Positions 1-13,600 of a stretch of 64,000 bases of DNA are shown here, one piece after another. The stretch is from positions 124,001 to 188,000 of the forward strand of contig NW_027271714.1 of the NCBI RefSeq assembly GCF_040938485.1, written 5' to 3'. The first letter of the stretch is position 1, and each line of letters opens with the position of its first letter. This DNA is from Diadema antillarum. Taxonomy: Eukaryota. Made by a program: the position numbers and the translations under genes. The notes beneath the pieces were generated by a model. The model did no database searches. It was not told the origin of the DNA and saw nothing but the letters and a program-made list of their open reading frames with translations.

Positions 1-28
1 CTAGAGAAGATTTTTAAAGGTTCCTTAA

Positions 29-598
29 AGGACAAGTTCACCTTCATAAACATAAGGATGGAGAGAATGTAGCAATATTAGCAGAACACATCATTGAAAG
101 TTTGAGGAAAATCAGACAATCCGTTCAAAAGTTATGAATTTTTGAAGTTTTTGTGCAGTACCCGCTGGATGAGAAGACTACTGCAGTGTATGAATAACTT
201 AGATGTCACATGCGTACAACAATATAAGGAAAATATAAAGAGAATTTCACAAAATTCCATCTTTTGAAAAAATTACACATTCCCCTGACTCGTTACCGAT
301 AAATGTTATGGGTAATATTATTCCCCATGCCTTTAGAAAGAGGCAAGTCAATTGCTCTTTTATTATGCGAAAAAGGTGAAAATATGTTGAATTTTCTTTT
401 ATATTTTCTTTATACTGTTGTACGCATATGACTCACAAGCTGTAGTAGTCTCCTCATCCAGCGGTTCCAACACAAAAAATTTAAAAAATTCATAACTTTT
501 GCATCGATTGTCCAATTTTCCTCAAACTTTCACTGATGTGTTCTACTAATATTGTTGCATTTTCTCAATCCTTATGTTTATGAAGGTGAACTTGTCCT
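29..598. mobile_element. MITE with about 30-bp TIRs and TTAA TSD (Kolobok-like termini), nested in a HINE-type repeat
   Basis: aggacaagttcaccttcataaacataagga ... tccttatgtttatgaaggtgaacttgtcct, flanked by TTAA at 25-28 and 599-602. Confidence 0.85.
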
Positions 599-1243
599 TT
601 AATTTTAGAGGGTTTGGGCCCCCTGGGGACCCCTCAGGTGGTGAAAATCGGTCATGGGGTTCTCAAGAAGAAGATGAAAATGTAAAAAGTTTACGCACGA
701 CGGACGACGGACGACAGACGACGCACGACGGACGCCGGACAAAGAGCGATCGCAATAGCTCACTTGAGCCTTTGGCTCAGGTGAGCTAAAAAAAAAAAAA
801 AAAAACCTTCAGGCATTGCATAAATATAAGGAAAGTAGTGATACTTTGAGGAGTTGACCTTAACCATTGACCCCCTGACCTTTGAACCATGACCCCCAAC
901 TTCCCTAGATAATCACTGCCCATTGGAACAAGCATATATACTACGTTCCATGAAGATACCTTGAACCATTTGCGAGATATGGAGAAAAACATAATTTTTC
1001 AACCTTTTTTTTCACAAAATAACCTGTGACCTTTGACCCCGTGACCCTAAAATCCAAACAAAGTATTATCCCCCAGGATATACCCTCATACCAAGTTTGA
1101 TGTAAAACTACCACACGGTTCTTGAGATATCGACAAAAACAAAACGGGACGGACGTACGGACGGACGGACGACCCGAAAACATAATGCCTCCAGCCACTT
1201 TGTTGGCGGAGGCATAATAAGCAAGATCCACAAAACATCTCAC

Positions 1244-4200
1244 CTTTCTTGCGGAGGAATGCCTGCTTCTGAACCAAGGGGCTGGACCGGACTTGAGGGT
1301 TCAGGAGAAATTTTATCGCTGTCTCAATCTTTAAAGAAAACATATTATATGCACACATTATATCTTTTTTAGAAAGAGAGATATACATATCAACAATATC
1401 TTAAAAAGTCATTGTGAACCAAATTTACAAGATACAGTCGCAAATTACTGAACTGATTTAAAAAACAATTAACTTTCAAGAAAAATAGAAAGGCTTAGGA
1501 GTTACGTCATGCAGAGAAAAACAAAGCTCTGGTTCAAGTTGTTGTTGTTGTTTTTCCTCATTGTTAATCTGTGGCATGCTTGTGACTACTGTTCATTGCT
1601 TTCCATTGTAACAAAGGAAAGACACAAAGCTGAATGAAAGACAAAACAGTTGCAATACAATGAACAAGCAAAACTTAATATCGACATCATGTACAGAAAA
1701 TTCACACCAAGCACACTGAACATGCACAATAAAAATACACAAGGCTGTCTTCATTTTGTGCAACACAAATAATCCTATCTTTGCTCTTTGGTCACCGACA
1801 CTAATACATGTACAGGTTACTTGTGCATCACAAATATAAAAACCACCAACTTGTAGTCTAGAATATAAAACCTAAATGATGCTGAACAGCTTATCATCAG
1901 TTTATAATAGTATTCATAATCTCATAAAAACTTTATGGTGTATTAACAATGTACATTGTAATATTGCACATTGTAGTGTTGTGACATGACTATGTCTGAA
2001 AACACTATACAGAAAAGATTCAGACAATCAACAGGATTACTGATGATACGCATGTATATGATTTTTTTTTTCATTACCATTTTCTCTCGTGGTACTTCTG
2101 TGACTGTCTCAACTGTCTCCACACCGCCAGCAGCCCCATCAGCTACTGCAGCAGCAGTGGTCCCAACAGCTGCGGTGTCAGCTGCACCCTACAAGAAAAT
2201 GTGGAGTTAGGTTTTATTGTTTCAATCAACAAGTCACCGCAATGGCTTGTATATAATGTGAAGGCGTCTCAATGAATGTGCTTGTGTTTAGAGACCCTAC
2301 AATCATAACAATCATAGCACTTACTGCAATGTTTTATTTTAACCTGTTGAGGACGGGCTGATTTTGCTACAACATGCATTTCCTATACACACTTGCCTGA
2401 GTATACTCGGGACTCATCCTCAACGGATTAAAAGAATAATTTTTTTCATCTTTAATTCCATTGAGTTATATCTTGGCAGTTTGTATTTCTTTTTTTATTT
2501 TATTTTTGTCAGTGTTACATTTGTAGTTTAGAGGAGAGGTAATCACGGAAAAACAAAGTCCACTATGTTTCTAACGTACTTTTAAAGCTCTACCACAGGG
2601 TTGGCTGAACAACGCCAAGTCTGCAGCTGCAAAACCCAGAAGTGAATGACTGGTCAGAAAAAAGAAAAATATGTAGAAATGAAATTAAATTATTTTGTTG
2701 TTGAGGGCACACACTACTCTTTCCGAATTCCTGAAGCAAAGACATGTTGGTGTTTCCAAGTCAGGGCTTTCGCAAGGGCATTGCATAGTATCGACCTCAA
2801 ACTGCGGCCTGTGTATCGGCCGCAAAGCTCTGTAATTTAAGTATTGTTTAAACCAAGGGCAAGGTCCCAATGTTAAGTATTTAGCCTGAAATGATATATT
2901 ATCTTCTAAGAATCTAGAAAGTATGGTGGGGCACACACACCTCACCAGGGGCCCTACAAGGTTAAATCCACCATCCTACATACAATGGCTACAAAGCGCA
3001 ATGATCAAATACAAGGGGGACTACGTACAGTACGCTTGGAACTTTGCAGGGTTACTACAACCAGCCACGTAAACTGAGACAAAAACAGGCCAGTATTTGA
3101 TGCATCATGCGTTACCCCAGCCAGGGTGCATAACCTCGGGGTACGTTGTGTAGCGCCACCTCACGTCCACTTGAGGACAGCCGCAGAGAAATGCAGGCAC
3201 TGTATGTGCCCAGGTACATAGCCATTGCCATGCCACTGCATGTTATACTATGCATGCATGGTTCGCTGTGCTAGCAATAGTGTGTGCTTCAGTGCAGTGC
3301 AGTGCGGTGCAGCGTGCGCTAGCTCCAGCTAGCTAAAAAACATGACTTATAGAATTTTTTACAAGAACATGGGGCAAACTGAATGTTGAAAAAAATCACA
3401 CCAAAATAATTTTCCACTTTTTGGCAACCTAGGGTACAACATTATATAAAAAAAATAATAATTTAACAAATGGCTGATTTTTATTTGGTACCCCAGAGTA
3501 CCATTTACCAGGTATGTCATCATTTCCTGACATCTTAAATTTGTATACAGAATACGTGTTATTGATCACGGTCCCCCAAACATGTCTTTTACGTGCTTTG
3601 CCTGTGGAGGCGCAGCTGGCGAGGCGCTGACCATTTTTTTTTAATGCACAACTAGACTCTCAGGCCTGAATTCACAAAGATGGTTTAAATTTATGGCACA
3701 ACATTAGACCATAGTCTAAAACAAGCGTGAAATACTTGTAGGCATACATTGTACCTTTGACATGTGTGTATCAATGCTCGTTTGCCACTGGACGTCTATT
3801 GAGTATTGGCATATGCAGTCTGTCAAACATATTTGATGCAGAAGATATTTCATATACAGTATGCATAAAAACCATGGTTTCACTTTAAAGGGACTGTACA
3901 GTACTGGTTGAGGTGAGGATTCAACTTGTTTAATGTTTTGCCAGATATTTAGAAACCACTCTATGAAATGTTAAGAAGCATACAATTCTAAGGGGAATCA
4001 AAAGTTTATTTGATTAAAATCGGTTTTGAAATGACCGAGATCTCTAAAAACAAGGAAAAACAAAGAAATCCTAATAAAAGCTGTGGCTTGTCAATTTCAT
4101 TTGGATCGCTTTTTTCGATATCTCAGCCATTTGAAGGCCATTTTTTTTTATCAAATAAATGTTGAGTCCTTCTTGAAATTACAAGCTCTTTCATATTTCA

Positions 4201-5821
4201 TAAATTATAAGAGGTTTCTCATTTTCTCAAAACCTGAATCCTCACCTCAACCAGTACCGTACAGTCCCTTTAAACCACCTTCATGAATTTCAGGCCTTTG
4301 AGTTCTAAATACAACTGTAAATGACATCATTCTCGTTTCACAACGATAGCTGTAGCCCTTCAAAGTGGGGAACCACAACACAACTACAAAACTTATGAAA
4401 ATTTAAACATTTCTTATAAAAAATGTATACGTTACTCACGTTACGTGCATGCTTGTATTACAGAAGGTTCATACAATGTAAGTCCATAGAGAGCCCTCAC
4501 AATAAGTCCATTGAACAAAAAAATGGCACTTTCTAGCGCAGTAGAACAGCGCAGGAGTCCCCGACCGTCGAGGTTCATCGTTGCAGAATTCAAAATGGCG
4601 AGTTGACTACTCAGCAAATTATGCGTGTGTGCGTGCGTGGCTGGAAGTGCAGCGATCTATTGCGTACGTGCGCTCTTTGGTAGCAGCACGCACGGTCGAC
4701 AGCAAGACCTTTAAAAGTGCATTCAGATTGAGTGAACTGCCAATTATCAGATGTAACGTTCGCACATGCTGCATATAATCATCATTTTCGGTAAGTTGTA
4801 AAATGTGCATTTCAATATTGGTAGCATAGATATGAAGTCTCATTAATGAAGATTTACATTAGATGAGTTTGAGGTGACAAAAAATTATCTAAAGTATCAA
4901 AATTCAAAGCGATCGCAATGCGATCTCTCTTCGTGTCGTGGGTCATGACGGTACAGCCCTGTCGCTACTTTAGCGACTGGGCTGTGTATAGTTAATACAA
5001 TAGCTATGAAATTCGGCATCGATTACTGAACTTTTCATTCCATTGGGAACTTCTAGACACTACTTTGAGCATTTTTCCTTGCGGTGTGTGAGCAGAAGAA
5101 TTTCATAGAATTTCAGTGATGTTGTGTGTAAAAATTAAATCTAGAAGCCTAACTGTTGTTAGACCCTAATAAGTATAACTCTGAAAAAAAACCTTAACTA
5201 ACATTAGTACTACAATAGAAGATTTGTCTATAACTGTTAGAATCTCAGACTCAGTACTGTATGGGCCATGCCATGGTGGTCATGATGGAGATATGCAGCC
5301 AGTGGCAGTGTGCAGCATGCAGGACACTCAACCGTCTGTAGACATGGTAGACTACTGTCTACCTCAAGCCTCCTGCTATTAAAAATATAACCCCTCCTTT
5401 GGCTTGTTTACGCAATGATCGGCCATGCAAATCTAGAATAAGGCAATGACCAAGCCCTAATAAGCAAGGCTAAGGCAATGAAAATCAACACTACGGACAG
5501 TAGAAGCTTGTTAGCTACACAATGGACCACGGAACGAGATTCACATTCTGTGCTGCATGCTGCATCACAAGGTGACTCATGAACAGACACCGCCGGAGTA
5601 GCTGGCGTGGGGAAAACGATAAATCGCTAGCTGGACGGCTGCACCAGCAGCTGCTCAGCTGGCGCGGGAGTCCTCGCCACCCAAGCAACAACATGCACAC
5701 GGTGCCATTTTCTGGCTGATCATGATGGATGCTATCCGCTATCCGCTTACTTATATCACCACACATGTATTATTTTCTGGAAATGATGGCTATTTACCTC
5801 TCCTTGCGATTCCGCAGACAT
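1244..5821 (-). CDS. PEX14: Peroxisomal membrane protein PEX14, 5' coding exons 1-3 (gene continues past window start)
   Basis: Exons 5821-5798 (MSAESQGE, donor gtaaat), 2188-2078 (GAADTAAVG...EVPREKM, donor gtaatg) and 1328-1244 (IETAIKFLLNPQVRSSPLVQKQAFLRKKG, 85 nt, donor gtgaga). The joined sequence PREKMIETAIKFLLNPQVRSSPL...FLRKKG matches the Pex14 N-terminal domain (human, from memory: [23 protein letters not shown]...FLKKKG). Exon 1 assignment is less certain than exons 2-3. Confidence 0.9.
2343..2427. mobile_element. About 85-bp piggyBac-like MITE (TTAA|CC...GG|TTAA); copies at 26494-26578, 27647-27730 and 39131-39215
   Basis: Four dispersed copies with TIR cc(t/c)gttgaggacg / cgtcctcaacgg and a central gagtatactc palindrome. 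Confidence 0.75.
3889..4269. mobile_element. TTAA-flanked 381-bp MITE (Kolobok-like), 35-bp TIRs
   Basis: agggactgtacagtactggttgaggtgaggattca / tgaatcctcacctcaaccagtaccgtacagtccct. The interior is shared with copies at 40514, 43437, 46857 and 60034. Confidence 0.85.
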
Positions 5822-8800
5822 TTTCCTTGATGTCTCCACTTCGTGTACAACACAGCTGTAAGCAAAGAGAAGTGACGCTTAGCGCTTTGGCTGAAAGAAC
5901 CAAAGGGTACAACATAGCAAGACGTGTGCTTTGGCAATACAGAATCAGAGTACAGCAGCATGCAACTGCTTTGCACACAATTCGCTTACATAACACATAG
6001 CTGGCGCTATTTAGAATTCTCAAATGGACTAAATCGTAAAAATGTTACCAACTGGGCTCGAATCCCGCCCCCCCCCCCCCAAAAAAAAAAAAATAAATAA
6101 ATAAAAAATCAATTACCGGTACAATCGGACTTTCAGCAACGATAATTTCAAAGATAGTCAATCAATCAAAATGCAATTTCATCAGGGTATGAAACTGTGA
6201 ACGATTAACTACATCTTATAGAAATCCCCATCCGATTTGCTTCAGTGGTAATTGGGGATTTTTGTAGAGCATGTCAGGAACAACTACCCTCCAAGTTTTG
6301 TGCATTTTTATCAAACGTCACAAATACTCAGTTGTTCATAATTCGCACAAAAATCTCTCTAAATTGAAAAAGTGACTGCTTGTTTCCTTTCATTTTACTA
6401 ACTTTTTCACGTAACGAAATGATTCGTTACTTCAAAAAGGAAGCATTTTGTTATTATCATTTTGCAAGCGTTGGTTAAATATGAAAAGTCGTAATAATTA
6501 ATAATTAAGAAAAGATAGCAAATTATTGGATTGAACTCTTCCTATATCATTTGGGACTTTGGGCTTTTGTTTTCTTTTTGTTTGTTTTGTTTTCTTCAAG
6601 ATAATCATGAACAATGATTATGATATTTACATATCTATAACTTTAATTACCAATCAACAGGCACAGAATTTTAATTCATTGGTCTGTTGTCCTGTCAGTT
6701 GTGAGCAAAAATATTTTCATTAAAGGATGCCAAGAGTATGTCCGAAGCGGTTTGGAAGAAACGGACCCATGACATGCTATATAGCACTTCACATTTCTCT
6801 GTTCGTTTTTGCAAGATGTAGGGAGGAAGTTATACGTGTAGTTTCATACCCTGAAATGGCATTCAGATTGTTTAATCATTTTTTAAAGTTATCAATGCGG
6901 AAATCCGATCGTACCATTTTCTTGGGGGGTGGGGGTGGGGGAGAACATACTGTACAATAACTGATAATCTGAGTCTCACTAACTCGTATTGAGACTTAAA
7001 TTATATAATACACATTTTGTATAGTGAGAATTTACATACATGTAGTGCCTTCTTTAAAGTGGGCAAAGTAATGGAAAATAACACTATAGCCCACTGAGTG
7101 AATTTGATGACTTAGTGTCTGTTGGGTACAACATGAATTGCGTCCTGTTTTCTGGTTTCATTTTTCATTGTTTTGTCCTTTGTCCGCCAAAATGCCGATA
7201 CATCACAACATACTTTCTACGCCTGTTGGTGTGGTCCTCTGTTGACACTTGAGCTGTGCTCTTTTCGCAGTGTATCATTAACTCTTTGTGGTATATTAGA
7301 ATAGTACTTGATCATAACGGTCTTCTAATTAATATTACAATCTATTTTATTACACCCATTGCTTCTCTTCTTTTTTTTTCTTTGCTTATGTAGGGAAGTG
7401 GGCTTCTACGAAAATAATGCAACCAACGATTCAACACCAGACCTATTACGATAAGTTGCTATATCGATTATCCTAATAAGAAGAAAGTCAACTTCATGTA
7501 TAGTGCCCTTCTTAGTTGTAATATGTAAAATGGCCTGTGTGTGATTCATGCCTAAAAGCTGATGAAGTTCATTTTGTATATATGTTTGCTATTTTCATTG
7601 TTATTACCGAAGACAAAATATTATTTGAAATAAAGAATTGACTGTGCATATAATGTTGTCTTGTTTGTTCCATCTGAGATGATGGCTGGATAGCTCATAT
7701 TATTGAGCTGCACTTACTAGCTAGTCTTGCATAGGGTCCATTCTGGATGTGGAATATAAAATGACCACTTCACCTGTCCGGTTTATGCACTCTGCTCTTT
7801 GCGAGGAATGATTGGGGCGGGATCTTTTTCCGTGCGTGGGTTGTGACTCTCTCCATTTTTATGTCCCATCCGAGGGACAGAATGTTTTAACTTTTAATAT
7901 GAGGGGACGGAATGATTTATACACACTATACAATGAGGCCATTCGAAACCGAAGGTAGACGTGCTACTGAACGACTAAACCAAATCACAAAGGTAGCAAT
8001 TTTACTCTTAAATGATTTTGCTTAGCATTGTCTCATATCTAAGCCAATTTTTATTTTGTTTTTGTTTTTTTATATAGTGTCTATCTTATGATCTCCCCAT
8101 GGGTTTGCTTTTACCTTTTTAACCATAATGATAAAAGTCTGTAGGCCCTATTAACTTGTATATATAGGCGACATGCAGGCTCATTATTATAATGAAAATC
8201 TATGAGAGATTGTTTTACAGCCAAAGAGAAACATTCAATTCAATTCATTTCAATTCAGTTCAAATGAAATCTAATTTCCAAAAACACATTTTGTTGTCGA
8301 TACAAATTCAAGGAGAACAAAAACGTGCAATGTATTACAACTATAACGCATATCATACTATGAAACTTATTGTTCAAAATAATTGTGCATTGGAAAAGAG
8401 AGGCCCACGTAAAAGAAAAGCTTTTAGAAACGTTGGCCACTCAATAACTTACAATGTACAATATGACAATATATTTACAAAATATCATATGATTGAAATA
8501 AACCATTTCACAAGAGGCAAAGAAGATGAATGCATTGTATTGTTGCAAATGATAGAGTCGAAAATCGTTGCCAACAGATATGATTCGCAATGATTTCTGC
8601 ATCTTATTTCTTCACACAAACATGAAAAAGCATTCATTTTTCATACATAACAAGAAAAAAGGGAAGTTAGAGGTGAAGAGTTTGAATATATACAAAAACA
8701 GATAAACGCCATTTCAAAGTTTTTTAAAGTAAGGTCATCATCAAAATAGAGAAGAATAAAATCATTCCAATGATACTGCACATGTTTAATGACGAGAAAT

Positions 8801-9876
8801 ACGACTTAGTTTAATATACGTATATCATTACTATTATCACATACGTTAAGATAAATTATTTTCTTTTTTATTAGCAGCCGTAAATCTAAAAATATCTCAC
8901 ATTACAATTGGATGTAAAGGTCCGGGTTTGTTTGTTTTTTAAGATTTAGACTCTTCAATAAGACGCACTTGCATTTTTATTATTTTCATAATCATCTTAT
9001 ATACAAGCCTTGAAGGAAAGATATAGCAGGATTGATTATACATATTGCAAAGACAAACGAGGGAGACAGACAGAAAGACAGACAGGGAGAAAAATAGATA
9101 CTGTTCGTATACCTTGTCCATTATATAAGTGTAAAATGATATTATCCTTCATCCATCTCTCCCTCCCTCCATCTTTCTTCCCATTCCTTTTCATTTTTTT
9201 TCTCTCTCTCGCCTGTTTTTGGTGATCCATGCTTATGTTAATTGATAACGATAATCATAATAACAATGATGAGGAAAATGACAACTTTAACGATTATCGT
9301 CGTCATCATCATCACCATCATCCTCATCATCATCATCATCATCGTGGCAACAAAGTAACAGCAATGGCTATGGTCTTTGTATGACTAAGGTCGACCTCGT
9401 CAAGGAATGAAAAGTTAGAAAGGCGCGATACAACAATAGAGAAAGAGAAGAAATACACATAAAGAGAAAAAGTACGCATAGATAAAGAAGAAGAAAATGA
9501 AGAAGAAGATGAAGTATAAGAACCAAACAGAGAAATACTGGTAATTTCCAGGGGAATGCAACAACGTCATTGTGTCTTTTATTCAGTGATAGACAACAGT
9601 CGGGAGTTGAAGAACCATAATAATCGTGATATGAACCAGATTTTTATTAATCCCTGAGGCTTATTCCGAGAGCGTGTGTGCCATTATGGCCGTTGGACGC
9701 ACGATTCGCGCATTTGCCCTCGACGTTTTCATCGGGTCTACGCAAACAAAAAACAAAAATAAGGAAAGGATCGTGATGATTTCGTCCGATTCCTGACCTG
9801 TTCAGCCAAACATTTATTTAGATTTGCTTCACTGTTGTTGTAAACGCCAAAAAGGACTCTTTTTTTTTTGTTCAAG

Positions 9877-10240
9877 TGACGCAAACACGATATATGACGT
9901 AAACCGTTTGAATGATTTGAAACTATCACTGATTTCCTTTTTTTAAATGTTTTAGAGGAGAGATCGTTTCGGTTATTAAATATGCGATTTTACCACCGAA
10001 ATAGCGTTTCCAATGACACATACAATGCAGGTTTTCTATTATGCTTGCGTTCATAAAGCGAGATATTTCTGATAATATATCTGCGGTGATAAAAAGGGAT
10101 GTCTTATTCCTAACACGCCCATACGCCTTAATTATGAATAACGGCTCCTCCGAATTTTACAGGCAGCAAAAAACAATAATTTTGTTGAATAAAACCAAGT
10201 AGAAAACTATAACAGGGAAAAGATTTCGAGAAGATATAAG
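9877..10240 (+). promoter_or_regulatory. Candidate neuropeptide promoter: CRE-like TGACGCAA (9877) and TGACGTAA (9895), TATA-like TATAAG (10235)
   Basis: Motif matches upstream of exon 1. The TSS is not determinable from sequence. Confidence 0.4.
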
Positions 10241-10493
10241 GCACACATGCACACAATGAAGCATTCATCTCCGAAGATCTTGTTCACTTCGCTTTGTTAC
10301 CAGAAAGTGCCCGCTTGGTGTTGCAAGTCTATCGCTCCAAATTTACAGTCAAGAAACATAATCCTAACAATATTGACATACCTCAGACCTGTCGAACTTG
10401 CCTTTCCTCGTAAGGGCTTCACATTCAGGGACGCTTCTATCTACACCCATCCTTTCGAGTTTCGCCCGTTGAATATTCCTGACTCCTGTCACC

Positions 10494-10619
10494 ATGACAA
10501 CAACGTACCTGTTTGCTCTGGTGTTTATCTCCTGCCTGTGCTCAATGGCGATGCCCTCCCGAGGTCTTCCCTACGACATGTTTCCCGAGGCTTCCGAAGA
10601 AGTCAACCTCCAAGATCAG
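10494..10619 (+). CDS. Neuropeptide precursor exon 1 (signal peptide + start of propeptide)
   Basis: ATG at 10494 in accATGa context, hydrophobic core YLFALVFISCLCSMA, donor cag|gtacgt at 10620. Confidence 0.85.
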
Positions 10620-13600
10620 GTACGTAAAGACCTTTATAAACTCGTCAAATCCAAGACAGCACATCTCTGTGGTTTAATAATTTGGTGCTGTATTTGTCTT
10701 CTTTCAACAAAAAAAAAAATTGTCGAGAAAGAATAAACCTTCTTTTTTTTTCCATTTGAGGCCTCTTTTGGTCACAAGCCATTCTTTAGTATTTTATTGC
10801 TTCATTTTAATAAAAAATAAACCTTCTCCTTCATTTTCTCTGTATGCCACTGTTTATTTGGTTGCTGCGTTATAGCAAAGGCTACTGTCTTATATCGCGA
10901 AATTAGATAATGATAATAATAATGATCCCAAAATGTTGCAACATATCTTTGGAAGATTAAAGATAATCTTTCTCTCTCAAATTGTAAGTTGTTGTTTTGT
11001 TTGTTTGTTTTGTATTTCAATACAGAATACACAGTAAAACGTATATAGAGTGGCTAATTTAGTGAGGATGCGACAATAATTTCTGCAGTAAAGTTAACCC
11101 AGGGCCTGATTAGTTAACCATGTCTATAGACTTTAACTGATAAAGTGAATGGCAGACATTCGGGCTTATATTCTGAAAATGCTTTCCATTTTACACAATA
11201 TTATCGCTCTTTTATTTGGAAAAAAAAAAGATAGTCATGTTAGACCAGCTCATTATATTTATGATCCTCCTGGAATACTCCTTCTGATAGCGATTGTCAT
11301 TGTTTCTTCATTATGTCAGACATAATATTATTACCGATGTCTTTGCTGCATTACGGCATGATAAGAAAAAAAATAGATGCCATGAGAAAAAAAAATAAAA
11401 ATACACGGTACATTAATTCTCGTGTTTTATTTCATGTTTATAAAAATTGATGTTCACATGTTAAAAATGTAGCTTTTATGAGTGTCTCAAAGTATGAATT
11501 ACCTGCTCCACAACTTGTAATATGCCATTTATCTATATTCTTTGTTAATGTAATGTTTATCTACTCTCTTCTTAATAAGTAAGGGTACCATTCACTTAAT
11601 TTCAATCGTTGTCTTCTGTGATGGAAATATTATTTCTTTCCTCACACAAATTGAAAGTGGATTTTTGTCCTATAAAGCTGTAGGAGTTTTTACCTTTTTC
11701 AATGTTTTGTATAGCTTAGTTTTGTTTTCTGACCTTATTACCTGTCTTCTGAATCTTGTAAACATTCACATTCATATACTAATGAAGTAGAATAATCACC
11801 CACGGGAAACTTACATGGCATCACATATCACGTGACTACAATTAAATCTACATTTCAATGCAGCACACACAATGAAAAGAATGAATATGACGAATAGACG
11901 GAGGAAATCATAAACCTTGACAAAGAAGATACATGTATTACGACTTGCATACACATGACCACACACAATCATGTGAAGGAAGGAAAAACAGTATATGGGA
12001 TAATCAAAACTACAAATTATAAAACATTAATTTTGATCTTTTTTCTTTTCGTTGACGCCTAGAACACGCAAAAGCTGATGTTGATGAAGCTGCTCTCGGG
12101 AAGTAATCTCAGCCTGGAAAGTATCGCATCCAGAGTCTCGAACCTACAACCTGACAAACGAGGATCATCCAGTTGTGAGTATCCACTATGGTATAGCCAC
12201 CCGTATACACGTGATCTTCAACCAAACCAATAACACGAAATGTCAATCGATATATTAAAAGTCCGACTGAGGAGGGGGGGGGGGGGGAGGGCGCTCAGGC
12301 CAGGAATTCCGCAAAGGGAGGCACATCACCTATTTTTTCTTTTGATTTATTTTGTCTTAACAAAAAAATAAAAAGGGGCGTGCGCCTGGTGCGCCCCCCT
12401 CTGGATCCGCCACTGTGGCCCCACTTTTTTTGGATGACTTTATTATAGGAATACATAGGATCTAATTACTTGCCCCATCCCCCCCCCCCGTTTTTTTCCC
12501 CAAAAGTGGCACCAGAAAGAAAGAAAGAAGAAAAAAAAACCGTGGTTAAGCTTTATTTGTGGTGTACCAAAGTTGCACTGAGGACCCTTTTTTCCCCTGC
12601 TTGTTAGCTGATGAAACCCGGAAGTGGCACCAGAAATACAATGCATAGAATGGGCCCCACTTTTCAAAAACGTGGGTGCCGGCCATGTTACATCATGACA
12701 CAGTGTCATGCTAATTGAAGGGGTGGTATTCGTCACTATGAGTAAAACTGCACAAATAAAGCAAAATAAGTATTTTTGAATAACCCGGGGTTCTGCTTTG
12801 CCCATGAGCAGAAAAGAAACTGGTAATTTGTACCAACAGCTAGGTGTGTTGGATTTTATTTGCAGAGAAAAACATGAGATGATTATTCAAGGGATCCTTA
12901 CAAATAGTGCTTGCTGGCACATCCGCCTGACAACGAAAGTGGAACAATGACAATATCAATAGAAAACACCCCAACAAAATTAGGCCCTAATGCTAATGCA
13001 TTCCACGTCAAATTATAAAATAGAGGCTTTCCAAATTGTTAAGTGACGGTCCATTCTGGTGACCTGTAGTCTACGCAAGTTCATCCTTTGTTTAAACGTG
13101 ATTGATGAATTCAAAAAATTGTTATGCCGGGCAAGCTTATGCTTTACGGCGCTTTCAAAACGAGTTAAGTGCCTAGCCAAATGAGAGAGAGAGAGAGAGA
13201 GAGAAAAAAAAAAAGAAGGTCATTATGATGATATAATTATTGTTGTCAACATTTTCTTTGCTACCCCAAAATTTCTGCAATGAAAATACCGCTACAGTGG
13301 GGAAAATTACCACGTTAATAAACGATTAAATGAATCCAAAGCCGTAAAGTGAAAGTATTCCGTTTCCTTGTATGATCCATTAAGTATAAGTTTATACTTC
13401 ATGAGTCTTTTACCAGTTTTAATGTAATGTACAGTATGCCCAATGATCGCGAAAACCATCCAAAGTTTTCATATCGTAAATAAAAGAGCATAATATAAAT
13501 TCTACAATATTGTATGTAGCGTATAATAATCATTGGAGGTTGCTACTCTAGTTAGATGGATTCTGCTTGCATGTTTATTCTCATATCTTCTCAAACGATA

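Noticed and set aside
1986-2210. 74-aa + strand ORF rich in Ala/Thr/Val
   Set aside because: It is the antisense shadow of PEX14 exon 2 (2188-2078, minus strand).
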